Positions 48,889 through 58,796 of a DNA stretch of 64,000 bases are shown one piece after another (position 1 is the first letter of the stretch; each line of letters opens with the position of its first letter). The notes under the pieces are model-generated. The model was not told where the DNA came from, ran no database searches, and saw nothing but the letters and a program-made list of their open reading frames with translations. This DNA comes from Ignavibacteriota bacterium. Lineage in GTDB: Bacteria; Bacteroidota; Ignavibacteria; Palsa-1295. The DNA lies in assembly GCA_963787835.1 (NCBI GenBank), contig CAWBEI010000003.1:96001-160000 (forward strand). The letters are read 5' to 3'. The position numbers were made by a program, and so were the translations under genes.

Positions 48889-50991
48889 ATGGTTCTAATG
48901 AATCGTATCTTCTACATTTCAATGATCGTGCTCTCTGCCGCGCTCCACACGAGCGCGGCGCAAGCACAATGGGTGCAGACCAATGGGCCGTATGGGGCGT
49001 CGGTTACGAGCATTATTTCTTTCGGAAACAATATTTTTATTGGAACTGAGGGTGGAGTATTTGAATCGACAGATCAGGGTTCGAGTTGGCAGAGCAGGAG
49101 CAGTGGATTGCCCGGCGGTCGCTATTATTATACACTTACAACTCACGGCACCAATATTTTTGCAGCAACGTACTCGACAGTCTATTGCTCGACCGACAGT
49201 GGCGCCACATGGAGTTTAGTGTCTGCAGGCATGCCGGATTCCATTTTTATTTCCTCGTTGGGTTCAAGTAAGCTGTCTGTTTTTGTCCTTTCTGGTCCTT
49301 ACTCCTATGTTAGTTCGAACGATGGGAACGAGTGGAGGCTTTTGGATACGAATCTCACAAAATTTAGCAATCCACAAGTAGCTTTGACGGTTGACTCAAC
49401 AACATACGTCGCCGGCGGTTGGATCACCGAAACGACAAACGATGGTTTGAACTGGGAAATAATGGCCATCCCTCCTGATGATACATCATGGGACATCACA
49501 TGTCTCGCCAATTTAGGCGACTATATCTACGCGATTGATCGTAAATCGGGAATTTTGTTGTCAACAGATCGCGGCGCAACCTGGGAGAATATAATTTACC
49601 TTCCTCAGTTTCAGTTGGCTACAAACCTCGTTATCTTGGGCACTGAAATCTTTGCCGGATCTGACATGGGATCAGTCTTTTGCTCAAATGACAGTGGGAA
49701 GTCCTGGAAACTTGCGTCTTCTGGCCTTCCCATTGGCGATGCATTAAGTGCATTGTCATCAAGCGGGACCGAGCTACTCGCTGGCTACGATGGCTCTGGC
49801 ATGTTCCGCTCCTTCGACAGTGGCAAAACATGGTCGGAATGCTACCGGGGATTCATAAATACTTGCGTAAATGCCATTGCTTCTACCGGCGACACAACTA
49901 TTGTTGGCACGAATGCAGGTGTGTTTCTAAGCACTGATAACGGCTCTTCATGGCAATCGAAAAATAATGGACTGACAGATTACAACATAGCTTCTATACT
50001 TATTGACGGAGAAAATCTTTATGTGGGTTCGCAAAGCGGTACACTTCACTCAGGTGTTTTTCTTTCAACGGATTGGGGAGCTAATTGGAAATCTAATGGA
50101 CTACCCGGAACCATGACTCATTCCCTGCTAAAAAGCGATTCAAAAGTATTCGTTGGTGCAAGCGATGCTCTTTATTCTTCTACTGATAATGGGGCCAGTT
50201 GGAGAGAAACCATCCATGAGCCAACATTCGGTTTAAGCAAGATCGCATCTTATGCATTCTCTGCATCTGCAAATGGTGTTTTTGTTATCATCGACGACGC
50301 TGGTTCAGCTGAATGGTGGTTTGATACGAACGGAATACCAACGAATCCACCAATCATTGTCAGACGAATTTATGCATTAGATTCAGACCTGTTTATTAGT
50401 TGCACTGAGGATTCCTATAAGAGCCTGGGCGTTTTTCGTTCAAGCGATTATGGCTCTACCTGGCGTCAAGTAGCAGATACATTATTCCCATTGCGCGGAT
50501 ACGTAACCTGTTTTGCCTCTTTTGAAAACAACCTCTTTGCAGCAACTGACAGCGATGGAATTTTCCTCACTACCGACTACGGTACCAGTTGGACGCGTGA
50601 GAACTTGGGTTTAGGCGATTCGATGGTTGTCTCCCTCGCCGTACAAGGAAACGAACTCCTCGCAGGCACAGCAACTTCCGGTGTCTGGCGCCGTCCGCTT
50701 GCGGAGATGATACCTTCGTTAAGCGTAGCAGCTGGGAAGCAAATAGGTGACACGATCTCCGTCTATCCAGACCCGGCATCGAGTATTGTCACCGTCTCTT
50801 GCCCCGATATTGTCGGCATCACCGAAGCAAGCCTTATTTCTGAAACTGGCGCAACCGTTTGGCACCGAACAATAACCACGAATAGCCAGCCGTTTCAACT
50901 TGACCTTACCAGTGTTGTGAATGGTGCATATCAGCTGGAGCTTCGTGCTGGAAGCGTGAGTCAGACGACAAAGATCGTGCTCCAACGATAA
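48889..50991 (+). CDS. T9SS-secreted BNR/Asp-box beta-propeller protein
   Basis: AQWVQTNGPYG start, many STDxGxxW repeats, GVWRRPL, YPDPA CTD. Confidence 0.88.
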   Translation: MVLMNRIFYISMIVLSAALHTSAAQAQWVQTNGPYGASVTSIISFGNNIFIGTEGGVFESTDQGSSWQSRSSGLPGGRYYYTLTTHGTNIFAATYSTVYCSTDSGATWSLVSAGMPDSIFISSLGSSKLSVFVLSGPYSYVSSNDGNEWRLLDTNLTKFSNPQVALTVDSTTYVAGGWITETTNDGLNWEIMAIPPDDTSWDITCLANLGDYIYAIDRKSGILLSTDRGATWENIIYLPQFQLATNLVILGTEIFAGSDMGSVFCSNDSGKSWKLASSGLPIGDALSALSSSGTELLAGYDGSGMFRSFDSGKTWSECYRGFINTCVNAIASTGDTTIVGTNAGVFLSTDNGSSWQSKNNGLTDYNIASILIDGENLYVGSQSGTLHSGVFLSTDWGANWKSNGLPGTMTHSLLKSDSKVFVGASDALYSSTDNGASWRETIHEPTFGLSKIASYAFSASANGVFVIIDDAGSAEWWFDTNGIPTNPPIIVRRIYALDSDLFISCTEDSYKSLGVFRSSDYGSTWRQVADTLFPLRGYVTCFASFENNLFAATDSDGIFLTTDYGTSWTRENLGLGDSMVVSLAVQGNELLAGTATSGVWRRPLAEMIPSLSVAAGKQIGDTISVYPDPASSIVTVSCPDIVGITEASLISETGATVWHRTITTNSQPFQLDLTSVVNGAYQLELRAGSVSQTTKIVLQR

Positions 50992-51094
50992 AGTAAGCGG
51001 TCTCGACTTTACCGTAATATAAGTTTGTTTGCGAACGGCTACGGCTTCCCTGCTGTTTTCTAAACCGTTCTCACAATAACCAGCAAAATTTTAC

Positions 51095-52879
51095 GTGAAA
51101 CCAACCGACCAATATAATCCGGATTATTTTCATAAAGTAGTAGATTGCCAATGGGCGTGCCCGGCGCATACGAATGTGCCGGAGTACATCCGCCTTATCG
51201 CGCAAGGCAAGTACACCGAGTCCTACATGCTCAACCGCGAGTCGAACGTGTTTCCCGGCATTCTTGGCCGCACCTGCGACCGCCCCTGCGAGCCGGCCTG
51301 CCGCCGCGACCGCGTCGATGGCAAGCCTGTCGCTATTTGCCGCTTAAAGCGCGTCGCCTCCGATCTCCGTGACGACGATATTTCGATGCTGCTCCCGAAA
51401 ATTCCTACCGCAAAGAACGGCAAGCGCATCGCCTGCATTGGCGCGGGACCAGCCTCGCTCACTGTTGCGAACGACCTCATGCCGCTTGGTTATGAAGTCA
51501 CCATTTTCGAAGCAATGGATAAACCGGGTGGACTCATGCGCTCGAATATCCCCTCCTTCCGCCTTCCTGCCGGCGTGCTCGATGAAGAGATCGCGATGAT
51601 AACCGATATGGGAGTGGATGTAAAGTATAATAATCCGATCAAGAGCATGAGAGCATTGCTTGAAGTGAATTTCGATGCACTGTTCGTTGGTTCCGGAGCA
51701 CCGCGCGGAAAAGATCTTGAACTTCCCGGTCGTAAAGAAGCTGCCTCAAACATTCATATTGGTATCGACTGGCTGTTCTCTATCGCATTCGAGCATATCA
51801 AATCTATTGGCGAGAAAGTGCTCATCATCGGCGTTGGAAATACCGCAATGGATTGCTGCCGCTCGTCGCGCAGACTTGGCGGGAAAGATATTAAGGTAAT
51901 GGCGCGCCGTCCGCGAAAATATTTCAAAGCATCGCCATGGGAACTTGAAGATGCTGAGGAAGAGGGAATCGAGATCGTCATCAATCACGCCCCGAAGCGG
52001 TTTGTGATGGAAAATGGCAAGCTCGTTGGAATGGAATTCGAACGCCTAGAATGGAATGAAGGCGCGACCGAATCCCGCACAATTGATTCCGTGATCATTC
52101 CCTGCGATGATGTGATTCTTGCCATCGGTCAGGATAATGCGTTCCCATGGATTGAAAAGGATCTCGGAATGGAATTCGGCAAGTGGGATATGCCCAAAGT
52201 TGACGAAACAACCTATATGTCAACGCTGCCCGGCGTGTTTTTCGGTGGTGATGCAGCGTGGGGTCCGAAGAATATCATTTGGGCGGTCGAACACGGACAT
52301 CAGGCCGCTATTTCGATCAATAATTACTGCTTCGGCATTCCCGTCACTGAGCGAATGAAGCGCGGAATGAACCTCGTCTCAGCTAAGATGGGACTTTCGG
52401 AATGGTCGTACAATAATAATTACGATCCCGAGACGCGGCAGAAAATGAAGCATGTCGATCTTGTCGAACGCTTCAAGAATCTCACAACAGAAGTTGAGCT
52501 TGGCTTTTCTGCCGAGCAAACCGCGAATGAAGTCCAGCGCTGCCTGAACTGCGATATGGAGACCGTCTTCTTCGCGCCCAAATGTATCGAATGCGACGCT
52601 TGTATCGATGTGTGTCCGGTGCAATGCCTTACCATCACGCGCGATGGCGACGAGACCGATCTTCGTTCCCGGCTCTCCGCGCCTGCGCTCAATCTCTCGC
52701 AAGCGCTCTTTGTTTCGGAACCATTGAAGCAAACCGGACGCATCATGGCAAAGGACGAAGACCTTTGCGTCCACTGCGGCCTGTGCGCCGAACGCTGCCC
52801 TACCTTCGCATGGGATATGCAAAAATTCGATGCGATCATTCCCAAAGCGATCGATATGCGGGAATTGGTGATGGCGTAA
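51095..52879 (+). CDS. FAD/NADPH-dependent oxidoreductase, GltD-like, with C-terminal 4Fe-4S ferredoxin
   Basis: CQWACPAH, GRTCDRPCEPAC, GAGPA, GVGNTAMD, two CxxCxxCxxxCP motifs. Confidence 0.92.
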   Translation: MKPTDQYNPDYFHKVVDCQWACPAHTNVPEYIRLIAQGKYTESYMLNRESNVFPGILGRTCDRPCEPACRRDRVDGKPVAICRLKRVASDLRDDDISMLLPKIPTAKNGKRIACIGAGPASLTVANDLMPLGYEVTIFEAMDKPGGLMRSNIPSFRLPAGVLDEEIAMITDMGVDVKYNNPIKSMRALLEVNFDALFVGSGAPRGKDLELPGRKEAASNIHIGIDWLFSIAFEHIKSIGEKVLIIGVGNTAMDCCRSSRRLGGKDIKVMARRPRKYFKASPWELEDAEEEGIEIVINHAPKRFVMENGKLVGMEFERLEWNEGATESRTIDSVIIPCDDVILAIGQDNAFPWIEKDLGMEFGKWDMPKVDETTYMSTLPGVFFGGDAAWGPKNIIWAVEHGHQAAISINNYCFGIPVTERMKRGMNLVSAKMGLSEWSYNNNYDPETRQKMKHVDLVERFKNLTTEVELGFSAEQTANEVQRCLNCDMETVFFAPKCIECDACIDVCPVQCLTITRDGDETDLRSRLSAPALNLSQALFVSEPLKQTGRIMAKDEDLCVHCGLCAERCPTFAWDMQKFDAIIPKAIDMRELVMA

Positions 52880-53077
52880 ATGATAAAAAACATGGAACAC
52901 GAGCAAGCATCAAAAAAACCTGAGAACAGCAAAATTGAATATGGCCTCATGAGCGTTTCGCTCACGCACGAGGATTTCCTTAAGCTGGGAACACTCGCCA
53001 GGGAGCAACACATGACACCCGAAGAGCTTGCCCCAAATATCCTTCACGAATGGATCAATCGGGGTAACCAAGATTGA
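52880..53077 (+). CDS. Small hypothetical protein
   Basis: Abuts the previous stop; ribbon-helix-helix-like pattern (weak). Confidence 0.4.
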   Translation: MIKNMEHEQASKKPENSKIEYGLMSVSLTHEDFLKLGTLAREQHMTPEELAPNILHEWINRGNQD

Positions 53078-53080
53078 ATA

Positions 53081-53407
53081 TCAACCTTCTTTTAAAATGA
53101 ACTTCACTTTGATAGAAAATAGCCTATGACAGGTACCATAAGTTTTTCTTCCTTGCGTTGAACTAAGCGTTCCTTTGCAAAAGACAGTAGTTTTAAATTC
53201 AGTCATTTGTTCCGCAACCATCTTTTTCACGATTGCGGCTAACGATACTGATACCCCCCCATATTTGCATTGTGATTGGTGACAGGGATGGAATTCAGGG
53301 AAGTGCTTGCTATCGTAGCGAGATTTCGGCCAGTAATGGTCCTCTTTAACTTCAATAAGAAGATCATTGACTCCTGATGGAAGGTCTAATATCGGATTCT
53401 GATGCAT
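53081..53407 (-). CDS. Hypothetical protein (AT-rich)
   Basis: 108-aa ORF with 4 Cys; no family recognised. Confidence 0.5.
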   Translation of the reverse strand: MHQNPILDLPSGVNDLLIEVKEDHYWPKSRYDSKHFPEFHPCHQSQCKYGGVSVSLAAIVKKMVAEQMTEFKTTVFCKGTLSSTQGRKTYGTCHRLFSIKVKFILKEG

Positions 53408-53487
53408 GACTAAACTATCTCCATTTTTGGAGTCGAATTCAAAAGTGAATCACTTCTTCTTTACAATAACCTTTTAATTATCTGACG

Positions 53488-53823
53488 TTACTTCGAAAGC
53501 AATCGGATCAATTCATCAATCGACATCGTATCACTTTTTGCCAAGACAATATAATTTAATTTTGGACGTTCTAAATTCTGAAGAAATTGGCGAAATTTTT
53601 CTTTATCTTCAAGCGGAGGAGCCTTAGAGTCAAGCTCCCTCAGCTGGGACGATATTCTTTTTATAGCAGTCCGAGCAGCTTCATGGGTTCCAGACGTGTA
53701 CTTCTCATTGCTGGCATCATCAGCTGCTTGTTGAATTGAGTCAACAGCCATGTCTATAATTGCAGAGCGAACTGAATTCCATTCATATTTCCTTAATTCA
53801 ACAGCAATAGCTTCCGAATTCAA
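53488..53823 (-). CDS. Hypothetical protein, probably the C-terminal part of the 53826-54254 gene
   Basis: One extra A in an A4 run near 53856 fuses the frames (AEKQNNSNSSTVDLNSEAIA). Confidence 0.45.
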   Translation of the reverse strand: MNSEAIAVELRKYEWNSVRSAIIDMAVDSIQQAADDASNEKYTSGTHEAARTAIKRISSQLRELDSKAPPLEDKEKFRQFLQNLERPKLNYIVLAKSDTMSIDELIRLLSK

Positions 53824-53825
53824 AT

Positions 53826-54254
53826 CTACAGTTGAAGAATTGGAATTATTTTGTTTTCAGCTTCAGACACTTCAAACTTTCTTTGGCTCTCTGCTGCGGC
53901 ATCGCGAGCACCAGCTTCAAAAGCATCACTGACTTGCTTGTTGGCATCAGAATGAGGCACTGAGTGCGTCAAAGGATCATCACTTGCTTCTCTTTGGCTG
54001 AGTGGAGTAACTTCAACTGACTCATTTTCATCAGTATTAATTATCTTAGAACGATCCACCAGTATCGCATCAACATTCGCTGACCAGAACTTAACGGTAA
54101 TGTAATCGTAGCTATAACGGACGTTCCATGATGTTCCATCATCAAGTATAATAACTTCTCCTCCGCTGGAAACGGCTCTAATTGTGTGCCTAGCAGTCTG
54201 AGCATTAACCGATACAGCAAAACACATGATCAAAATGAGTAACCATTTTTGCAT
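53826..54254 (-). CDS. Exported hypothetical protein (AT-rich)
   Basis: Signal MQKWLLILIMCFAVSVNAQ; IILDDGTSW motif. Confidence 0.62.
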   Translation of the reverse strand: MQKWLLILIMCFAVSVNAQTARHTIRAVSSGGEVIILDDGTSWNVRYSYDYITVKFWSANVDAILVDRSKIINTDENESVEVTPLSQREASDDPLTHSVPHSDANKQVSDAFEAGARDAAAESQRKFEVSEAENKIIPILQL

Positions 54255-54314
54255 GACGTTTTAACGCTATATTTAATAATATTGTTCAGAAAAAACTTTT
54301 CTAAAAAATTAGGA

Positions 54315-54338
54315 AACCGAACGGTTACGCATTCGGTT
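54315..54338 (+). promoter_or_regulatory. Inverted-repeat operator upstream of the ArsR gene
   Basis: AACCGAA-CGGTTACGCA-TTCGGTT directly before the start. Confidence 0.5.
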
Positions 54339-54686
54339 ATGGGGGTTGTGAGACGAGACGTATTTCAGGCCATAGCAGATCCGACGCGGCGGGCGATCCT
54401 CAGTTTGCTCGCCGTGCAAACTTTGACGATGACGAGCATCGCCGATCACTTTAAGGTGTCGCGGCCTGCGATCTCGAAGCACGTAAAGATACTGGAGGAA
54501 TGCGGCCTGGTGAGCATCACGCAGCAAGGCCGCGAACGGTATTGTGAGGCAAGCATGACCAAATTAGACGAAGTATCCGACTGGGTCGAACGTTACCGAA
54601 AAATGTGGGATGAACGGCTCGACCGGTTGGAAGAATACTTGAAAGAATTACAATCCAAAGAAAAAGAACATGGCAACAAGATCTGA
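54339..54686 (+). CDS. ArsR/SmtB family transcriptional regulator
   Basis: RRDVFQAIADPTRR, SRPAISKHVKIL, QGRER. Confidence 0.93.
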   Translation: MGVVRRDVFQAIADPTRRAILSLLAVQTLTMTSIADHFKVSRPAISKHVKILEECGLVSITQQGRERYCEASMTKLDEVSDWVERYRKMWDERLDRLEEYLKELQSKEKEHGNKI

Positions 54687-55650
54687 TCTCGCCGTTTCGA
54701 CGGCTCCGCGCGAAGTTATTATCACCCGCACGATCAACGCTCCGCGCGAGCTTGTCTTCGATGCGTTCACAAAAGCCGAGCATTTAGCGAAGTGGTTCGG
54801 GCCTCGCGCATTTCGCACCACAGCAGAAACCGACACGCGCGTTGGAGGCAAATTTCGTATCACGATGCACGGCACCGATGCGCTCCCCGAGCCATTTGCC
54901 AGCGAGCATTATCCGATGACGGGCGAATACCTTGAGTTCGTGCGGCCCGAACGAATCGTCTATACGAACGATCTTCATGAGCATCCGGATAGCTGGAAGA
55001 GCTTGATGCAAAGTGGGATCGAGAATGGGGAAAAAGCAAATTTTCTATCGTCACTCGTAACTATAACGTTCGATGATCTTGGTGGCAATACGAAATTAGT
55101 TATTCGTACACGGTTTGACTCCGATGCCGTCCGCGATGGATACATTAAGTTCCAAATGGGCGAAGGCTGGAGCGAAAGCCTCGATAAGCTCGAAGAAATG
55201 CTTACCGGCGTTGTCGTTGTCGAGCGCACATTCGATGCTCCCGTGGAAAAAGTTTGGGATGCGATCTCAAATAATGATTCCTTAAAGCAATGGTATTTCG
55301 AGCTTCCAGAATTCCGTCCTGAAGTCGGATTCGAATTTGAATTTCAAGGTGGCCCTCCCGGTAAAGAGCCATACCACCATAAATGCAAAATAACAGAAGT
55401 TATTCCGGGGCGAAAATTAGCATACACCTGGCGTTACGAAGGATGGAAAGGCATCTCCACCGTCACCTTCGAATTATTCCCGGAAGGAAAGCAGACGAAG
55501 CTTCGACTAACCCATTCAGGGCTTGATTCCTTCGCCATCAATAACAATCCCGATCTCGATGCTCACAATTTTGTGGCGGGATGGTCGGATATTCTTGGCA
55601 GATCGCTGAAAGAATTTGTTGAGGCAGCTAAGATGGAGGTAACGCGATGA
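54670..55650 (+). CDS. Tandem SRPBCC (AHSA1) domain protein
   Basis: Two R-x-x-x-AP-x-E-x-V...W...GW domains. Confidence 0.9.
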   Translation: MATRSDLAVSTAPREVIITRTINAPRELVFDAFTKAEHLAKWFGPRAFRTTAETDTRVGGKFRITMHGTDALPEPFASEHYPMTGEYLEFVRPERIVYTNDLHEHPDSWKSLMQSGIENGEKANFLSSLVTITFDDLGGNTKLVIRTRFDSDAVRDGYIKFQMGEGWSESLDKLEEMLTGVVVVERTFDAPVEKVWDAISNNDSLKQWYFELPEFRPEVGFEFEFQGGPPGKEPYHHKCKITEVIPGRKLAYTWRYEGWKGISTVTFELFPEGKQTKLRLTHSGLDSFAINNNPDLDAHNFVAGWSDILGRSLKEFVEAAKMEVTR

Positions 55651-56195
55651 GAAAGGTCATATTCCAAATGTTGACATCGCTGGATGGTTACTTCGAGGGG
55701 CCAAACCACGAGCTCGATTGGCATAATGTCGGCGCAGATTGGAATTCGCATGTATTCGAGCTTTTCGAAGAAGTGGACACTTTCTTGTTTGGCCGCCGCA
55801 CCTACGAAATGATGGCTGCGTATTGGCCAACGGCCACGCGCGATCCGATCGCAGAAAAAATGAATTCGTTTCCAAAAATCGTTTTTTCTAAAACGCTTAA
55901 ATCTGCGGATTGGACAAACTCAAGAATTGCTACAGATGCGGCGGCTGAGGTAAGAACGCTCAAGCAAGAACCAGGAAAGAATATGGTGATCTTCGGCAGT
56001 TCGGATCTCGCTGTTTCTCTCATGAAAGAAAACCTGATCGACGATTTCCGTATTGTGGTAACACCAATCGTTTTGGGCAATGGGAAACCACTCTTTCATG
56101 GCTTGAACAATCGTTACAAATTCAAACTTGATAAAACACAAACATTTCAATCCGGTCACGTTATGCTATACTTCCGACCTGACCGTAGCGTATAG
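55647..56195 (+). CDS. Dihydrofolate reductase family (RibD C-terminal) protein
   Basis: SLDGYFEGP, GRRTYE, PIVLGNGKPLF. Confidence 0.9.
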   Translation: MRKVIFQMLTSLDGYFEGPNHELDWHNVGADWNSHVFELFEEVDTFLFGRRTYEMMAAYWPTATRDPIAEKMNSFPKIVFSKTLKSADWTNSRIATDAAAEVRTLKQEPGKNMVIFGSSDLAVSLMKENLIDDFRIVVTPIVLGNGKPLFHGLNNRYKFKLDKTQTFQSGHVMLYFRPDRSV

Positions 56196-56222
56196 TACTC
56201 ATTTATTCAGGAACTGATAATC

Positions 56223-56705
56223 ATGTCACAGAATAATCCAGCAATACTCGAGGCCGAACCGCGCAAAAGCGAAATGAGTCGTACCATGGCTGCAACGCGC
56301 ATCCTTAATGCTCCACGCGATCTCGTATGGAAAGTATTTACCGATCCGGAACACATTAAAAATTGGTGGGGGCCGAACGGCTTTTCACTATCGATGCACA
56401 AATACGAAATGCGAACCGGCGGCGAATGGAACTTCACTATGCACGGACCCGATGGCACCGATTTCCGGAACGAGATGGTTTTCGATGAACTCGTTCCGAA
56501 GGAGCGGATCGTCTATTCACATGGCCCCACCCCGAAATTTAAGGTGTTCATTCAGCTTTTCGATCTCGGGAACTAAACGGAGCTGCATTGGAAAAACGTC
56601 TTCGAGGACGACGAAGAGTTTAAGCGGGCCGTGGAAGTATTCCACGCTGTTGAGGGACAGCAACAGACCATCAACCGGCTTTCAGAATATCTCAAATCAC
56701 TTTAA
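56223..56705 (+). pseudogene. SRPBCC domain protein with internal TAA at 56574-56576
   Basis: Frame continues TELHWKNVF...QTINRLSEYLKSL after the stop. Confidence 0.78.
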
Positions 56706-56722
56706 ACATCAATAGATAAATT

Positions 56723-57193
56723 ATGTCACAAAAAAACGAACTAAGTGTTATTGCGGAACCCGGCAAGAATGACACAATTCTTACCCGCGAATTCGATGCG
56801 TCACGAGAACTCGTATTCACAACAATGTGCGATGGCTCCGCTATTGACAAATGGTGGGGCTACGGCACCGAAGTTCAAGAATACGATGCGCGACCGGGTG
56901 GATCTTGGCGAATCATCAATCGCGTGGGCGATCAAGAACATAACTTTCGCGGCGTTTTCCATGATTTAGTGAAACCGGAACGCATCGTCCGCACATTCGA
57001 ATACCTCAATGTGCCTGGTCATGTATTGCTTGAAACCACAACCTTTGAAGATATAAACGGCCGAACAAAAATGACCATTCAAAACCTTTGTCAATCGGTT
57101 GCATCACGCGACGGCCTCGTGAATTCAGGAATGGAGCAAGGCGCCTCGATGAGCTTTGATAAATTAGAAGCCATTCTTGCTGCTTCTAAATAA
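56723..57193 (+). CDS. SRPBCC domain protein
   Basis: TREFDASRELVF, PERIVRTFEY, SGMEQG. Confidence 0.9.
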   Translation: MSQKNELSVIAEPGKNDTILTREFDASRELVFTTMCDGSAIDKWWGYGTEVQEYDARPGGSWRIINRVGDQEHNFRGVFHDLVKPERIVRTFEYLNVPGHVLLETTTFEDINGRTKMTIQNLCQSVASRDGLVNSGMEQGASMSFDKLEAILAASK

Positions 57194-57316
57194 TGAAGGG
57201 GTATAACAAATGATATACCGGCTCTCTGAATATCTCAATTTACTTTAAACTTCAAAGGATCATGTCACATGAATAATTCAACAACACTCGCGTATGAATT
57301 CGATGCGCCACGCACG

Positions 57317-57703
57317 ATGACCAAGAAAAATAAAATTATCTATTGGGTTTCTACTATCTGGCTTGCATTGGGAATGCTGTCGATTGGAATAGCACAGTTA
57401 GTCAAAATGAAAGGTGGAGCATCGGGAGCAGTTGAGACGATAACCCGTTTGGGGTACCCTGCTTATTTTCTAACAATACTCGGTATTTGGAAACTTTTGG
57501 GAGTTTTAGCTGTGCTTATCCCAAAATTTCCTTTGCTAAAAGAATGGGCTTATGCAGGCTTTTTCTTCGTCGCGTCAGGAGCAGTAATATCACATGTCGC
57601 ATCGGGCGATCCCGTAAATGCAATATTTCCCTCATTGCTACTTCTAATCCTGACGATGGTATCGTGGTATTTCAGACCTATGAATAGAAAAATAGTTTCA
57701 TAA
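57317..57703 (+). CDS. DoxX family membrane protein
   Basis: KIIYW, LGYPAYF, LKEWAYAG. Confidence 0.88.
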   Translation: MTKKNKIIYWVSTIWLALGMLSIGIAQLVKMKGGASGAVETITRLGYPAYFLTILGIWKLLGVLAVLIPKFPLLKEWAYAGFFFVASGAVISHVASGDPVNAIFPSLLLLILTMVSWYFRPMNRKIVS

Positions 57704-57778
57704 TGATACACGAAAAAAACTTAATTAAGGTTATAATCAATCACTATTAACGAGGTTTCGATAAGCCCAAAGAAAGAC

Positions 57779-58240
57779 ATGCAAAAATCAGCTAAGAGTA
57801 CCAGCGCAACTAATAAGAAGACACAGGGATTCACAGCCGAGGAAAAAGCTGCGATGAAAGTCCGCGCCCAGGAACTGAAGGCAGAGGCGCGCGCGAACAA
57901 GGATAAGGATGAAGGTGAAAACGCCGCACTTGAAGCGATAGCAGCCATGCAGGAATCGGATCGCAAAATGGCCACGCGGCTTCATAGCATTATAAAATCC
58001 AGCGTACCCGCCCTCATGCCGAAAACATGGTATGGAATGCCGGCCTATGCCAAAGATGGCAAGACCGTCTGCTTCTTCCAAAATGCACAAAAGTTCAAAA
58101 CCAGATACGCGACATTTGGCTTCAGTGATGCGGCAAACCTCGACGATGGCGATCTGTGGCCCGTCGCCTTCGCGCTGAAGGAGTTGACATCCGCCGCAGA
58201 GGCAAAGATCGTCGCGCTCTTGAAGAAATCTGTGGGTTGA
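57779..58240 (+). CDS. DUF1801 (YdhG-like) domain protein
   Basis: GFTAEEKAAMK, WYGMPAYAKDGK, RYATFGF. Confidence 0.88.
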   Translation: MQKSAKSTSATNKKTQGFTAEEKAAMKVRAQELKAEARANKDKDEGENAALEAIAAMQESDRKMATRLHSIIKSSVPALMPKTWYGMPAYAKDGKTVCFFQNAQKFKTRYATFGFSDAANLDDGDLWPVAFALKELTSAAEAKIVALLKKSVG

Positions 58241-58328
58241 TAGCAACTGAAAGACTTTTAGATAAAATTGATTCTTAATAACTCACTTTCCTTTTTCATT
58301 TTTCATTCATTTTTTCAAGAAATAAACC

Positions 58329-58796
58329 ATGTCACAGAAAAATCCAACAACACTCAAGGCCGAACCCGGCCAACTCGATACCATACTCACACGCGAGTTC
58401 GACGCGCCGCGGGAACTCGTTTTCCGCGCACTAACGGACGGTAATGCCGTGCCTAAATATTATAACGAAAACGCGAAGGTCGAGCAATATGACGCTCGTC
58501 CCGGAGGATCCTGGGCCTTCACCGTTCGCGCGGAAAATGGATGGGAAACGCGGTTTCATGGCGTCTATCACGATGTCACCGCTCCGGAACGAATTGTCCG
58601 CACCTTCGAAATGCAGCCGGGAAAGACCACGCTCGAAACATACACGCTGGAAGACTTGGGCGGTAGGACAAAGATGACAACCCAAAGCATCCACCAGTCG
58701 GTTGCCGACCGTGATACCGTGCTTCAATACGGGTTTGGGAAATACGGCGGAGAGGCGCACGACCGGCTGGAATCGCTGCTTGCATCGTACAAATAG
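58329..58796 (+). CDS. SRPBCC domain protein
   Basis: TREFDAPRELVF; paralog of 56723-57193. Confidence 0.9.
   Translation: MSQKNPTTLKAEPGQLDTILTREFDAPRELVFRALTDGNAVPKYYNENAKVEQYDARPGGSWAFTVRAENGWETRFHGVYHDVTAPERIVRTFEMQPGKTTLETYTLEDLGGRTKMTTQSIHQSVADRDTVLQYGFGKYGGEAHDRLESLLASYK

Noticed and set aside
56574-56576. Stop-codon reassignment or readthrough
   Set aside because: A single TAA at a probable Lys (AAA) position, and TAA terminates many genes normally in this window.
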